DNA of 64,000 nt from a bacterium (lineage in GTDB: Bacteria > UBA8248 > JACPRG01 > G963555815). The notes under the pieces are model-generated. The model was not told the origin of the DNA, made no database searches, and was given only the letters and a program-made list of their open reading frames with translations. The first letter of the stretch is position 1. The number at the start of each line of letters is the position of its first letter. Positions 53,299 through 63,507 of this stretch are shown piece after piece. The position numbers and the translations under genes are program-made. The DNA is taken from contig OZ244653.1 in the NCBI GenBank assembly GCA_965218795.1, positions 2,176,001 to 2,240,000 on the forward strand, given 5' to 3'.

Positions 53299-56200
53299 AT
53301 GCAATATGACTTGAACCAGCTATCCGACCCAAAGCGTTTCCAACGCTTGGTGAACGCGATCCTCACTGCTAGGTTCGGTGAAGACGCCCGCCTCACGCCT
53401 ATTCAAGGTGCAGATGGTGGTTCCGACGGGGAAACCGCTACGGCCAACCCCTATATGGAGTTCCGCTACGAAGTTTCATCCAAATATTCCAATAATCCCC
53501 TAATCGAAGCGCCCCGACCCGGACGATATCTTTTTCAGGCGAAGTATCATCGTACCGGAGAACAACGTTTATCGGATCTACGTTCACTCGTCGCGAGAGA
53601 ATTCAAGGATGCACTAACTGACGAAGTAGTGAGCCGTTTAGACCGCGAAGACGTAAACTATTTCTTTCTTGTAACGAACATAAGTGCAAGTAAAGACTCC
53701 CTACGCAATATTGATGAAATCCGTTCTGAGGTACTCAAGGGACAACAGCACCTGCATGCAGATGTTTGGTGGGGCGAAAGGATAACGGCATCGTTAGACT
53801 GGGCCCCTCAACTCTGGCCAGCCTATCCAGAGCTCTTTCCCGGAAACGTACCCCCGTTGCTAGGAATGGCTACAACAGAGCACTCTGAAGGTCTATCACG
53901 GACTTTGAAACTGGCGATTGCACAGCAATATGATCGCGACAGCCAAGTTAGATTTCGACAGATTGAACTGGAGAAACGTCTCCTCGATCTCTTTGTTGAT
54001 CTTGACATCGGACGTGTTTTTGATACCGACGAAACCTCCCGCATACCGCACAGTCGGTTGTATTCGCGGCCTAACAGAGATCTAATCCTTAGTGACGGTG
54101 GTTCATCCCGAACGCACGGTCTTCATGATTCTGTGCTTCATCTGTTACTCGACGACGACCGATCAATACCTAGAATATTGCTTGAGGGAGGACCGGGGCA
54201 GGGCAAATCTACGATTACCCAGATGGCCGCACAGGTGTATCGGGAGAAAATTCTAGGCAAACACGACAGTGAATCCAGGGAGCCTACTTGGCATCGTACC
54301 TGTAAACTGCGAATACCGATCCGCCTAGAATTGCGCGACTTGGCGCACTGGATTTCTCAGAATTCCGAAGGAACTCTCGAACAGTACATTGCCTTAACTC
54401 TTGCCCGCGAATCAGGAGGAGCCACGTTACTGCCAGCAGACATTCATAGTCTATTGGAACATAGTTCGACTATCTTACTTTTGGATGGACTGGACGAAAT
54501 CGGAAACGACACGCTACGAGATCAGGTTCTTGATGCAGCACTGGCTGCAATCTCGCGTTTTGAAACAACACTAAAGACCGATGTAAGGGTCGTCCTAACC
54601 ACACGACCGCCCGCCGTACTAGGTCGATGGAGCAAACTCAAAGGGTTTATCCGAGTAGTACTTGCTCCAATGGACGCTGAGCGCATCGACGACTACTTGG
54701 AGCGCTGGCTGCAAGCCCACATCCCGACAAGTGAAGACAGGGATCGGATTAGAGCCTCTTTCAACAGCCGCCGGGATGACTCCCATGTTGAAGCTCTTGC
54801 CCGCAATCCCATGCAGTTGTCCGTGCTACTTCAATTTATTTACCTAAAGGGCGAAGCATTTCCCGATCGTAGGGCCGAGCTTTATCGTGATTATTTTCAA
54901 ATCGTCATAGATCGCGATGTTGAGAAAAGTCCTGAGTTGAGAAAACATCGAGAGGTCGTAGAAGGACTTCATTCTTACCTCGGTTTCCTACTACACGGTT
55001 TTGCTGAAGCGGAAAAGGGGCGACGAGCACTAAATCGCAATGAGATCGTTGAACTCGCTGGGCAATGGCTCGAAGGAGAAGGTCACTCCAAGGAGTTGGC
55101 GGGTACTTATTTCGCCCTCGGGGAGGAGCGGTTCGGATTAATAGTGGCGTTGTCGGGAGAGGGACACGAAACGACGTACGGTTTCGAAGTTCAACCCATC
55201 CAGGAATATTTTGCGGCGGCATATATCAGTAATCGTTTAGCCAACGGACGGGCTCATAATGTGTTTGAGACGCTCATTTACAAGGATTATTGGCGAGAAG
55301 TCGCTCTATTTCTAGCTGGATTGCGTCGCCCGAATGAAAAAGCAGACTTGGTTGCTCGTGCAAAGGAGGCAGATAAGGAGGCTATAAATCGCGGGCAAGA
55401 AAACGGGCGGGCGATAATTCTTCAACTCTTAAACGAAGGGGTCCTGAGCCAACCTCGTCATGTCCAGAGCGAGGCTATGCAGTACGCGATTGGCTTCCTA
55501 GATGCGTCAACACTACGTCTACAACGAAATCCGCACGAGCTTATCGATTCACTATCTGAACTTGCTCGAATGTATGGAAGTAATGAAACACACACCAAAA
55601 TTATCGAAATCGTAAAAGGTGTTTCTCAATCCAGTGATCACGGATTGGTTTCTCTGATGCATCGGATGGCAGGAAATGCACTCCCGAAGGAGCAGTATAT
55701 GCAACTTGTACTCGATCACTTGGGTTTAGCGCCCGAAACACGGGGATTAGTTCGTGTCAGTTGTCCGCTGGACGTGACAGGAATAATAGAAGAACTTGGT
55801 AGTAACCACATGTATTGGGAAGGAATCCCTGCCCATGTGCTTGCGCGCCGCCTTTGGTCATCTGCGACACGCCAGGGAATTGTGCCTGAGATTGTTTATC
55901 CATCTGGAACGCACCTGAGTTTGATACTTCAATTCGCCGTTGGTCACTCGAACATACGTCGTCAGCCTAAGAACGTTATTGCCATCGGGGGGGCAACGGT
56001 CCCGGCAATTTGGAAGTTGTATCAAAACGTTCAGTTAATTCGAGCTTGGCCCATCGACGGCGATGAGGCGACCACATACTATAAGGAACATTTGGGAGCG
56101 AGTGGGATTGAGAATTTATCGTGGACCAATGGCCGAGAAGAGCCGCTTCCGCAAGATGTAGAACAATGCATTCGGGAGTTGATCGATAGGAGTGATGGTT

Positions 56201-57117
56201 TTATTTCCGCACTCCGTGGTCGAGAGAAAGGCGAGAAAAACGATAGTTTATCTTCCTATTTGGAAGCAATCAGGAGGTGCCTGGGAGAACCTGGGATTGT
56301 TGCGTGGATTGCTGCACGCTGTGCTAGTGAACTGTTCCGGAACTCAGCACTCGCTAGGGGTGAATTGGGTCCGAGTGGACTACTGGACGATATATTGGAA
56401 GTGCTGCATGAAATATACCGTTTTCCCGATATACAATACCCACGGAGAATGTATTTGATGGAACGGTTCGGATTTGGTATGCCCCTCGCAATACGTTTGG
56501 AGTCGGGATCTGATTTGCGACTACTTCACCAAGTAGCGGCAGACTTCGTTCTCGGAAAAATGAAAGCAGAGGAGAGGAACCGTTTCAGTTGGCTCAAAGA
56601 AATCCCGTTGTCAGCATTGATGGTCAAACCATTGATTGATATCTGTCGTGGCAAGATGGAAGCCCTTCTTCGGTTTATCGGGTCACGGGCAGTACCAATT
56701 GGATCTATCTACTCCCGGGGTCGTCGTATAAGGGTTCAAGATACACATCGCATTCTCAAGATTTGCCGTGAAACGCAAGAACATGAGGTTTTACAAGGCG
56801 CTGCTGCAGTGTTAATTGACGCCACATTTGCGCGAATTGCGGAACCGGCACTTATTCAGAAAATTCTCACTGCATCTCCTATGAGTCCGTTGGTCGTACG
56901 TGTGTTTAATACCCACGATACTATCGCAGGGCGAGAAGAGGACCCCGAGTTAAAAGAGCTTGCTCGGAAGGTTGCGCCCAAGATATTGGCTCAAGCAGGA
57001 GAACATCCGTTTATGGTTGTGAACAGGGCAGCCGTATTTTGGGCTGAAGTAGAGGCCCAGCGAAACGTACCGTTGTTTGAAGAGTGCCCAGAACTCAAGA
57101 GGTCGAACCAAGTTTAG
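53299..57117 (+). CDS. REase-NACHT (STAND NTPase, NLR-like) defence protein
   Basis: N-term FQRLV...GADGGSDG...FQAK. Walker A GGPGQGKST, Walker B LLLDGLDE, TTRP, NPMQL, IQEYFAA. Lower GC. Confidence 0.85.
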   Translation: MQYDLNQLSDPKRFQRLVNAILTARFGEDARLTPIQGADGGSDGETATANPYMEFRYEVSSKYSNNPLIEAPRPGRYLFQAKYHRTGEQRLSDLRSLVAREFKDALTDEVVSRLDREDVNYFFLVTNISASKDSLRNIDEIRSEVLKGQQHLHADVWWGERITASLDWAPQLWPAYPELFPGNVPPLLGMATTEHSEGLSRTLKLAIAQQYDRDSQVRFRQIELEKRLLDLFVDLDIGRVFDTDETSRIPHSRLYSRPNRDLILSDGGSSRTHGLHDSVLHLLLDDDRSIPRILLEGGPGQGKSTITQMAAQVYREKILGKHDSESREPTWHRTCKLRIPIRLELRDLAHWISQNSEGTLEQYIALTLARESGGATLLPADIHSLLEHSSTILLLDGLDEIGNDTLRDQVLDAALAAISRFETTLKTDVRVVLTTRPPAVLGRWSKLKGFIRVVLAPMDAERIDDYLERWLQAHIPTSEDRDRIRASFNSRRDDSHVEALARNPMQLSVLLQFIYLKGEAFPDRRAELYRDYFQIVIDRDVEKSPELRKHREVVEGLHSYLGFLLHGFAEAEKGRRALNRNEIVELAGQWLEGEGHSKELAGTYFALGEERFGLIVALSGEGHETTYGFEVQPIQEYFAAAYISNRLANGRAHNVFETLIYKDYWREVALFLAGLRRPNEKADLVARAKEADKEAINRGQENGRAIILQLLNEGVLSQPRHVQSEAMQYAIGFLDASTLRLQRNPHELIDSLSELARMYGSNETHTKIIEIVKGVSQSSDHGLVSLMHRMAGNALPKEQYMQLVLDHLGLAPETRGLVRVSCPLDVTGIIEELGSNHMYWEGIPAHVLARRLWSSATRQGIVPEIVYPSGTHLSLILQFAVGHSNIRRQPKNVIAIGGATVPAIWKLYQNVQLIRAWPIDGDEATTYYKEHLGASGIENLSWTNGREEPLPQDVEQCIRELIDRSDGFISALRGREKGEKNDSLSSYLEAIRRCLGEPGIVAWIAARCASELFRNSALARGELGPSGLLDDILEVLHEIYRFPDIQYPRRMYLMERFGFGMPLAIRLESGSDLRLLHQVAADFVLGKMKAEERNRFSWLKEIPLSALMVKPLIDICRGKMEALLRFIGSRAVPIGSIYSRGRRIRVQDTHRILKICRETQEHEVLQGAAAVLIDATFARIAEPALIQKILTASPMSPLVVRVFNTHDTIAGREEDPELKELARKVAPKILAQAGEHPFMVVNRAAVFWAEVEAQRNVPLFEECPELKRSNQV

Positions 57118-57524
57118 CTAACAGCTATACAGGGTATGAATGGCAGAGATTATTTTAATTTAATGTGATAATGAGTCGATGGTAGAAAAGAGCATTTTAT
57201 AGAATCGTTCTTCTCGTCTGATTTAGACCGAAGAGCACAAAATATATAGATCGATCCAATCGAGAGTGTCAACGATAACTTCCGAACATTCTGGAACTGC
57301 TTTTTGGGGAAACCGTGTTCCTGAAAGGGTTCCCTCGTGAATGAGTTAATTGCGCATAATTCTGAAATTGACATTGATATTTTCGGGCTGGTCGAATACC
57401 GCGGCGAGGACGAGGGCACGGACGCCGGGACGGGCATGTCCCATGCCTGGCGCAAGAGCGCGTTGTTCGACCGCTTCCTGGGTTTCGAGGTCCGGCTCGA
57501 AGGCGCCGGCGCGGCGCGGTACTG

Positions 57525-59363
57525 ATGGGCGCGCTCGGGGGACCGATGACAGCCGCGCGCCGGGTGCTCGGGGATGTGTTCGGGTTCGAGGGGTTCCGCC
57601 CCGGCCAGGAAGCGGCCATCGAGGCGCTGCTGGCGGGGCGCAACGTGCTCACGGTGATGCCGACGGGATCGGGCAAGTCGCTGTGCTTTCAGATCCCGGC
57701 CCTGATCATGGAGGGGCTCGCTGTCGTGGTGTCGCCGCTGATCGCGCTGATGCGGGACCAGGTCGCCGCCCTGCGGCTCGCGGGCGTCGCGGCGGACAGC
57801 ATCAACTCCGCCAACGACCGCGGCGACAACATCGCCGTCTGGCGCCGGGCCGCGGCGGGAGAGACCCGTCTTCTCTACATGGCGCCGGAACGGCTGATGA
57901 CCGAGCCGATGCTGGCGGCGCTGGCCCGGCTGCCGGTGACGCTGTTCGTCATCGACGAGGCGCATTGCATCTCCCAGTGGGGGCCGGCCTTCCGGCCGGA
58001 ATACGAGGACCTGTGCCGGTTGCGGGACCTCTTCCCCGAGGTTCCGATCGCCGCGCTGACGGCGACCGCCGATGAAGTGACCCGCGAGGACATCGCCGAT
58101 CGGCTGTTCGGGGGCCGGGTGGAACCCTTCATCCTCGGCTTCGACCGTCCGAACATCAAGCTGTCGGTGGAGATGAAACGCGAGTGGAAGCGGCAGTTGC
58201 TGAGCTTCATCGCGCGCCATGAAGGCGAGAGCGGCATCGTCTACTGCCTGTCGCGCAAGAAGACGGAGGAGACCGCCGCCCTGCTGGCGGCGGACGGAGT
58301 GCGGGCGTTTCCCTATCACGCGGGCATGGAGAAGGAGGACCGGGAGGCGCACCAGAACGTCTTCATGACCGATCCGGGCGTCGTCATCGTCGCCACCATC
58401 GCTTTCGGCATGGGGATCGACAAGGCGGACGTGCGCTACGTCTTCCACACCGATCTGCCGGGCAGCATCGAGGCCTATTACCAGGAGATCGGCCGGGCCG
58501 GACGCGACGGCGCGCCCGCCGAGGCCCACATGCTCTATGGGCTGGCCGATATCCGCATGCGGCGGCAGTTCATCGAGGATGAGGATGCCGGCGCTGAGCG
58601 CAAGCGGCGCGAGCACAAGCGGCTCGACGCCTTGCTCGGCTATTGCGAGGCGCCGTCCTGCCGCCGGGTGGCTCTGCTCGATTACTTCGGCGAGCGGATC
58701 GAGCCTTGCGGCAATTGCGATGCCTGCCTCGACCCGGCCGAGCGCGTCGACGGGACCGAGGATGCGCAGAAGATCCTGTCGGCGGTCTACCACTCGGGCG
58801 AACGGTTCGGCGCGGCGCATGTGATCGATATCCTGCGCGGGACCGAGGCCGAGAAGATCGTGCGCGCCGGTCATCACCGGCTGCCGCCCTTCGGAGTCGG
58901 CGCGGCGCGCGGCAAGAACGAATGGCGCTCGCTGATCCGCCAGATGGTGGCGACCGGGTTTCTGCGGCTCGACATCGCGGGCTATGGCGGGCTCGCGTTC
59001 ACCGGCAAGGGCCGCGCCCTGCTGGGGGGCGAGGGCGAGTTCCACTACCGCGAGGACACGGTGGTTGCACGGCCGTCCGCGGCGCCGCGCGAGACGCGCG
59101 GGAAAGAACCCGAACATCCGCTCAGCGACGATCAGGCGACGCTGCTGGCCGTGCTCAAGGCGTTGCGACTGCAACTTGCCAAGGAGCGCGGCGTACCGGC
59201 CTATATCGTGTTTCCCGACCGCTCGCTGATCGACATGGCGCGCCGGCGCCCGCGCACCGAAGAGGAGTTCGCCGAGGTCAACGGCGTCGGAGCGGCCAAG
59301 CTCGAGGCGTTCGCGGCGCCGTTTCTGGCCGCCATCGACGGCGCGCTGTCCGATGCGGGCTGA
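57525..59363 (+). CDS. recQ: ATP-dependent DNA helicase RecQ
   Basis: MPTGSGKSLC, DEAHCISQWG, TATA, YYQEIGRAGRDG, RQC Cys motif, HRDC domain. Confidence 0.96.
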   Translation: MGALGGPMTAARRVLGDVFGFEGFRPGQEAAIEALLAGRNVLTVMPTGSGKSLCFQIPALIMEGLAVVVSPLIALMRDQVAALRLAGVAADSINSANDRGDNIAVWRRAAAGETRLLYMAPERLMTEPMLAALARLPVTLFVIDEAHCISQWGPAFRPEYEDLCRLRDLFPEVPIAALTATADEVTREDIADRLFGGRVEPFILGFDRPNIKLSVEMKREWKRQLLSFIARHEGESGIVYCLSRKKTEETAALLAADGVRAFPYHAGMEKEDREAHQNVFMTDPGVVIVATIAFGMGIDKADVRYVFHTDLPGSIEAYYQEIGRAGRDGAPAEAHMLYGLADIRMRRQFIEDEDAGAERKRREHKRLDALLGYCEAPSCRRVALLDYFGERIEPCGNCDACLDPAERVDGTEDAQKILSAVYHSGERFGAAHVIDILRGTEAEKIVRAGHHRLPPFGVGAARGKNEWRSLIRQMVATGFLRLDIAGYGGLAFTGKGRALLGGEGEFHYREDTVVARPSAAPRETRGKEPEHPLSDDQATLLAVLKALRLQLAKERGVPAYIVFPDRSLIDMARRRPRTEEEFAEVNGVGAAKLEAFAAPFLAAIDGALSDAG

Positions 59364-59424
59364 GCGCCGGCTCCCTGGAACGGGGCCGGTATTGACGGTG
59401 AAGACCGGCTTGCCGCGCTTGAAC

Positions 59425-59439
59425 GTTCACATTATGTTC
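59425..59439 (+). promoter_or_regulatory. Alphaproteobacterial-type LexA (SOS) box
   Basis: GTTC-acattat-GTTC (GTTC-N7-GTTC), 40 bp upstream of topB. Confidence 0.6.
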
Positions 59440-59479
59440 GTTTCAGCGATTGACGCGGATTGATCCCGATCGGCTTGCC

Positions 59480-60118
59480 ATGACCGATGAGATCGTCATC
59501 ACCGAAAAATCCAGCCAGGCGAAGGATGTCCGCGCCGCCGTCGGGTCCCGTTACGGCGCCGTTCTCCCGGCCGAGGGCCATCTGCTCGACTTGGTCGAGC
59601 CGGAGGATGTGAACCCGGCCTGGAAGCGCTGGTCGGCGGTGATGCTGAGGCCCGAGGGGCTCTACGGCACCAAGCCGGCTTCGGGCGGCAACAAGGCGGC
59701 GCCAAGCGGGTTTGGCTCGCCACCGATTGCGACCGTGAGGGGCAGCTCATCAGCCAGGAAATCCTGGAGCATTGCGGCTATCGCGGCGAGGTCCTGAGGG
59801 TGCTGTTCACCACGCAGGACGCGCAGACCATCCGCGAGGCGTTCGGTCGCGCCCGACCCAACAGTGAACACGCCCGCCTCTATGCCGCTGCCGTTGCGCG
59901 GCGACAGGCCGATCAGATCTACAACCTGTCGCTGACCTGTACGGCGACCGGTACGCTTGGCCGGGACGCGCGGGGCGTGATCGGGGTCGGCAGGGTGAAG
60001 ACGCCGACCCTGGCGATCGCGTGCAAGCGCGAACTGGAGATCCGCGACTTCGTTCCAGTCCCGTATTACGAGGTGGCGGCCGTGGCGGAAGTCGAGGGCG
60101 GCGCGTTCCGGCTGCGCC
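59480..60118 (+). pseudogene. topB: DNA topoisomerase III 5' fragment (internal deletion, truncated)
   Basis: ITEKSSQA, AEGHL, ATDCDREG, GVGRVKTPTL. Confidence 0.8.
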
Positions 60119-60275
60119 GGCCCGGGATAACGGGTGTTCCGCCCCGCGCTTCGATATCATCGCGGACGGCGTCGAAGTCGTAACCCCGGTCTGCGATCAG
60201 CACCTTCGGCTGCAGAAGATTGTCATCGATGACGGCATCGTACCCTTTGTAGTCTGAGGCTTGGCCAGGGGTGTT
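60119..60275 (-). mobile_element. IS5-family transposase fragment
   Basis: TPGQASD...LIADRGYD.D..R.......PVIPGR. Confidence 0.7.
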
Positions 60276-60891
60276 CTCGACCCTCATGGGCAGAAACGGG
60301 ATGGGGAAGACGACGACCGTCCGTTCCATTACCGGCCTGACGCCGCCGCGATCCGGCCGCATCCTGTTCGAGGGAGTCGAGATTCACAACCGGCCCAGCT
60401 ACGTCGTCGCGCGCTCGGGTCTTGGGCTCGTCCCCGAGGGTCGTCAGGTCTTCCCGAATCTAACGGTGAGAGAAAACCTGGTGGCCACGGCGGCCAACCG
60501 CTCGAATATGAAGAATCCCTGGACGCTCGAGGGTATCTATGAGATGTTCCCGAAGCTGAACGAGCGGCGTAACTTTCTCGGGGGGACCCTCTCGGGCGGC
60601 GAGCAGCAAATGCTTGCCATCGGGCGGGCGTTGATGACGAACTCCAGGCTGCTTGTCCTGGATGAAGCAACAGAGGGGCTGGCTCCCCTGATTTGTGATG
60701 ATATCTGGAAGTGTCTGGAACGCTTGAAGGCTGGAGGACAAGCCATTCTGGTGATTGATCGAAACCTGGAAGCCCTGACGCCCATTGCGGACAGGCACTA
60801 CATCATGGAGAAGGGCCGTGTGGTCTGGTCGGGGGATTCGGTAGCCTTGGCCGAACGGGATGACCTGAAGCATCGATATCTCGGTGTATAG
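60271..60891 (+). pseudogene. livF: Branched-chain amino acid ABC ATPase (LivF-like), 5'-truncated
   Basis: GRNGMGKTT, VPEGRQVF, LSGGEQQMLAIGRAL, YLGV. The first ~25 aa are missing. Confidence 0.8.
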
Positions 60892-60954
60892 CGGCACAGA
60901 GGGCGGACCCGGAGACGCTCCGGTTCGTCTTCCACGGCGCTTGGAAGCGTAGGG

Positions 60955-61065
60955 ATGGCAAAATTTGTTTTCGGCCGATATTCGACCGAATAACTGGAAG
61001 AACAATACGACGCGCAGGCCGTCGTGTCGGAGCACGTGGAAATCTTTCAGGACTGGGCCAACCGC
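60955..61065 (+). pseudogene. Alpha/beta hydrolase (arylformamidase-like) 5' fragment
   Basis: MAKFVFGRYST / LEEQYDAQAVV.EH..IF..W. Confidence 0.4.
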
Positions 61066-61324
61066 ATGGGGCCGTATCGTGCAAAGACGAAAACAGTACG
61101 AATAAAAAGCATAAACATAGATATGGGTGGGGTCCCCTGGATTTTGCGGGAGGCAGAGACACCGGAGCTCTGATGCCCATGGCGATAGAGTGTATTTGGG
61201 GCGAGGAGTTGGGAGACAATTACAAGCTGCGGCTGCTTGAGAGCCCCTAAAAAGATCCAGAACTCTTAGACTTTGTCGCTAGGCGTGATCCTTAAGTATA
61301 AACCCTAAAAAGAGCGAGGAGAAA

Positions 61325-62172
61325 GTGAATCAGGCAGTCATCAGACTCTCTTCCCGGGAGGCTAACCTCAAGAAGAAGATACGCCGCCATCTTCGTGCAC
61401 TCGGCTTTCAGAAGATGGCCGATGGCGCCCTTAATAAGGTAAAAGGCAGCGGCAAGGACGTTATACGGGCGCTCCATAGCTCGCAAAGACACGATCGATG
61501 GGAGGCGAACCGTGATTTCTTGGCACAGCGCGCGCCAGCACTAATAAAATATTTTGCGTCGGGGCGAGAGATTGAACCGACCAATATATCGCCGGTTTTG
61601 GAAAGGATATATGCAGATACATGGCAGTCTGAACTCTTCAGGCTGGCGTCCCTGACTTGGTCTGTGCCGGTGTCGAATGGATTTGGTCGCCGCCTCAGAT
61701 ATCTCGTATGGGACGCACATAATGAAAAACTGATCGGATTGATCGCGATCGGTGATCCGGTCTTTAACCTCTGGTCCGCGACAGCCTGATCGGGTGGAAC
61801 GCACATGATCGCGGTGCGCGTCTTGTCAATATGGTGGACGCCTATGTTCTCGGTGCCCTACCGCCGTATAGTGTCCTGCTCGGCGGCAAGATGGTGGCCT
61901 GTCTTGTACGGACCCGTAAGATATATGACCGTTTTACGCAAACCTACGGTGGAACAACCGGTATTATTTCCGGGCAACAGAAGAAGGCGCGTCTTCTTGC
62001 CGTGACGACATCCTCGTCAATGGGCCGTTCCTCCGTCTACAACAGATTGAAACTGGACGGTGCCGAGTATTTTCGTTCTATCGGGTACACAGGAGGATGG
62101 GGCCACTTTCACATCCCCGACGGGTTGTTTGCCGAGTTACGCGACTACCTGCGACAAATCGGGCATCCATAC
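61325..62172 (+). pseudogene. druA: Druantia DruA (DUF4338), frameshifted near 61771 and 3'-truncated
   Basis: WSVPVS.GFGRRLRYLVWD..N.KLIG..A.GDPVFNL, DAYVLGA.PPY..LLGGK, TTSS.GRSSVYNRL, GYT.G.GHFH. Confidence 0.85.
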
Positions 62173-62262
62173 GCTGCCCTTCGTGACACACTGCTACCAA
62201 ACTGGTGTCGGGGGGAGGTGCGGTTGAAAGACGGCGCGCAACTCACGGAGGTAAAGAGATGA
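62173..62262 (+). pseudogene. hsdS: Type I RM HsdS C-terminal tail
   Basis: AALRDTLLP(KLVS)GEVR. Confidence 0.7.
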
Positions 62263-63507
62263 ACAAGGTGTCCATACAATACACTGCACCGCCACCGCCG
62301 CGAATCGAGTCCCTGAAGGTGCAAAATTTTCGTGCTTTGCGAGATGTCGAGTTCAAAAACTTGACACCGATGACGGTGCTGCTCGGTCCGAATGGTAGCG
62401 GCAAGTCCACAGTGTTCGATGTGTTCGCGTTCCTCGCGGAGTGTTTCGAGGCCGGCCTGCGGCGCGCCTGGGACCGGCGCGGGCGGGCCAGGGAACTCAA
62501 GACCCGCGGCGCCGAGGACGCGGTGACGATCGAGATCAAATACCGCGAACGGCCGAGGACTCCTCTGATTACCTATCATCTGGCTGTCGATGAGCCAGCA
62601 GGTGCGCCGGTTGTCGTTCGTGAATCGTTGAGTTGGAAGCGGAGTAGCTACGGAGCGCCATTTCGTTTCCTTGAGTACCAACGCGGCCAAGGCAGAGCCG
62701 CCAGCGGCGAGGCGCCGGATGCGGAAGCCCAAAGAATTGAAATTCCGCTCAAATCGCCCGATCTGCTTGCAGTCAATGCGCTGGGGCAGTTTCAGGAACA
62801 CCCGCGCGTGGCGGCGCTGCGCGACTTCATCATGGGTTGGCACGTGTCCTATCTTTCCGCGGAGAGCGCCCGCGGCCAACCGGAAGCGGGACCGCATGAA
62901 CGTCTGACTAGAACCGGCGACAATCTCGCCAACGTCATCCAATATCTGGCTGAGCAACATCCGGCGCGGCTAGAACGCATCTTCGGCGCGCTGCGCGCGC
63001 GTACCCCGCATCGAAAGGGTTCTGGCCGAAACCATGCAGGACGGTCGGCTATTGTTGCAGATCAAGGACGTCCCGTTCAGCCATCCGGTGTTGGCCCGTT
63101 TCGCCTCCGACGGCACATTGAAGATGCTGGCCTATCTGGTGCTGCTGTACGATCCAGAACCACCGCCCTTCATCGGAATCGAAGAACCGGAGAACTTTCT
63201 GCACCCGCGGCTGCTTCACGAACTGGCCGAGGAATGCCGCGAGGCAAGCGCGCGCACCCAATTGCTCGTCACCACCCATTCACCGTTTTTTCTCGACGCG
63301 CTGCGGCTTAAAGAGGTGCGCGTTCTATGGCGCAACGAGGACGGCCACACGCGAACGCAACGCGTCAATGATGTGCGCGGCGTATCCGAGTTCGTGGAGG
63401 CTGGCGCGCAACTCGGTGATTTGTGGATGGAGGGCCATTTCCGGGTGGGCGACCCATTGATCGACCAAGGCGCCCCGACGACCGATGTCGATGGGAGCGA
63501 AATATGA
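62259..63507 (+). CDS. AAA_21/ABC-type ATPase (frameshift near 63000)
   Basis: [35 protein letters not shown]. Confidence 0.85.

Noticed and set aside
57150-59174. 674-aa minus-strand ORF
   Set aside because: Antisense to recQ.
61325-62172. Complete Druantia system
   Set aside because: Only a truncated druA is present; no druB-E in the window.
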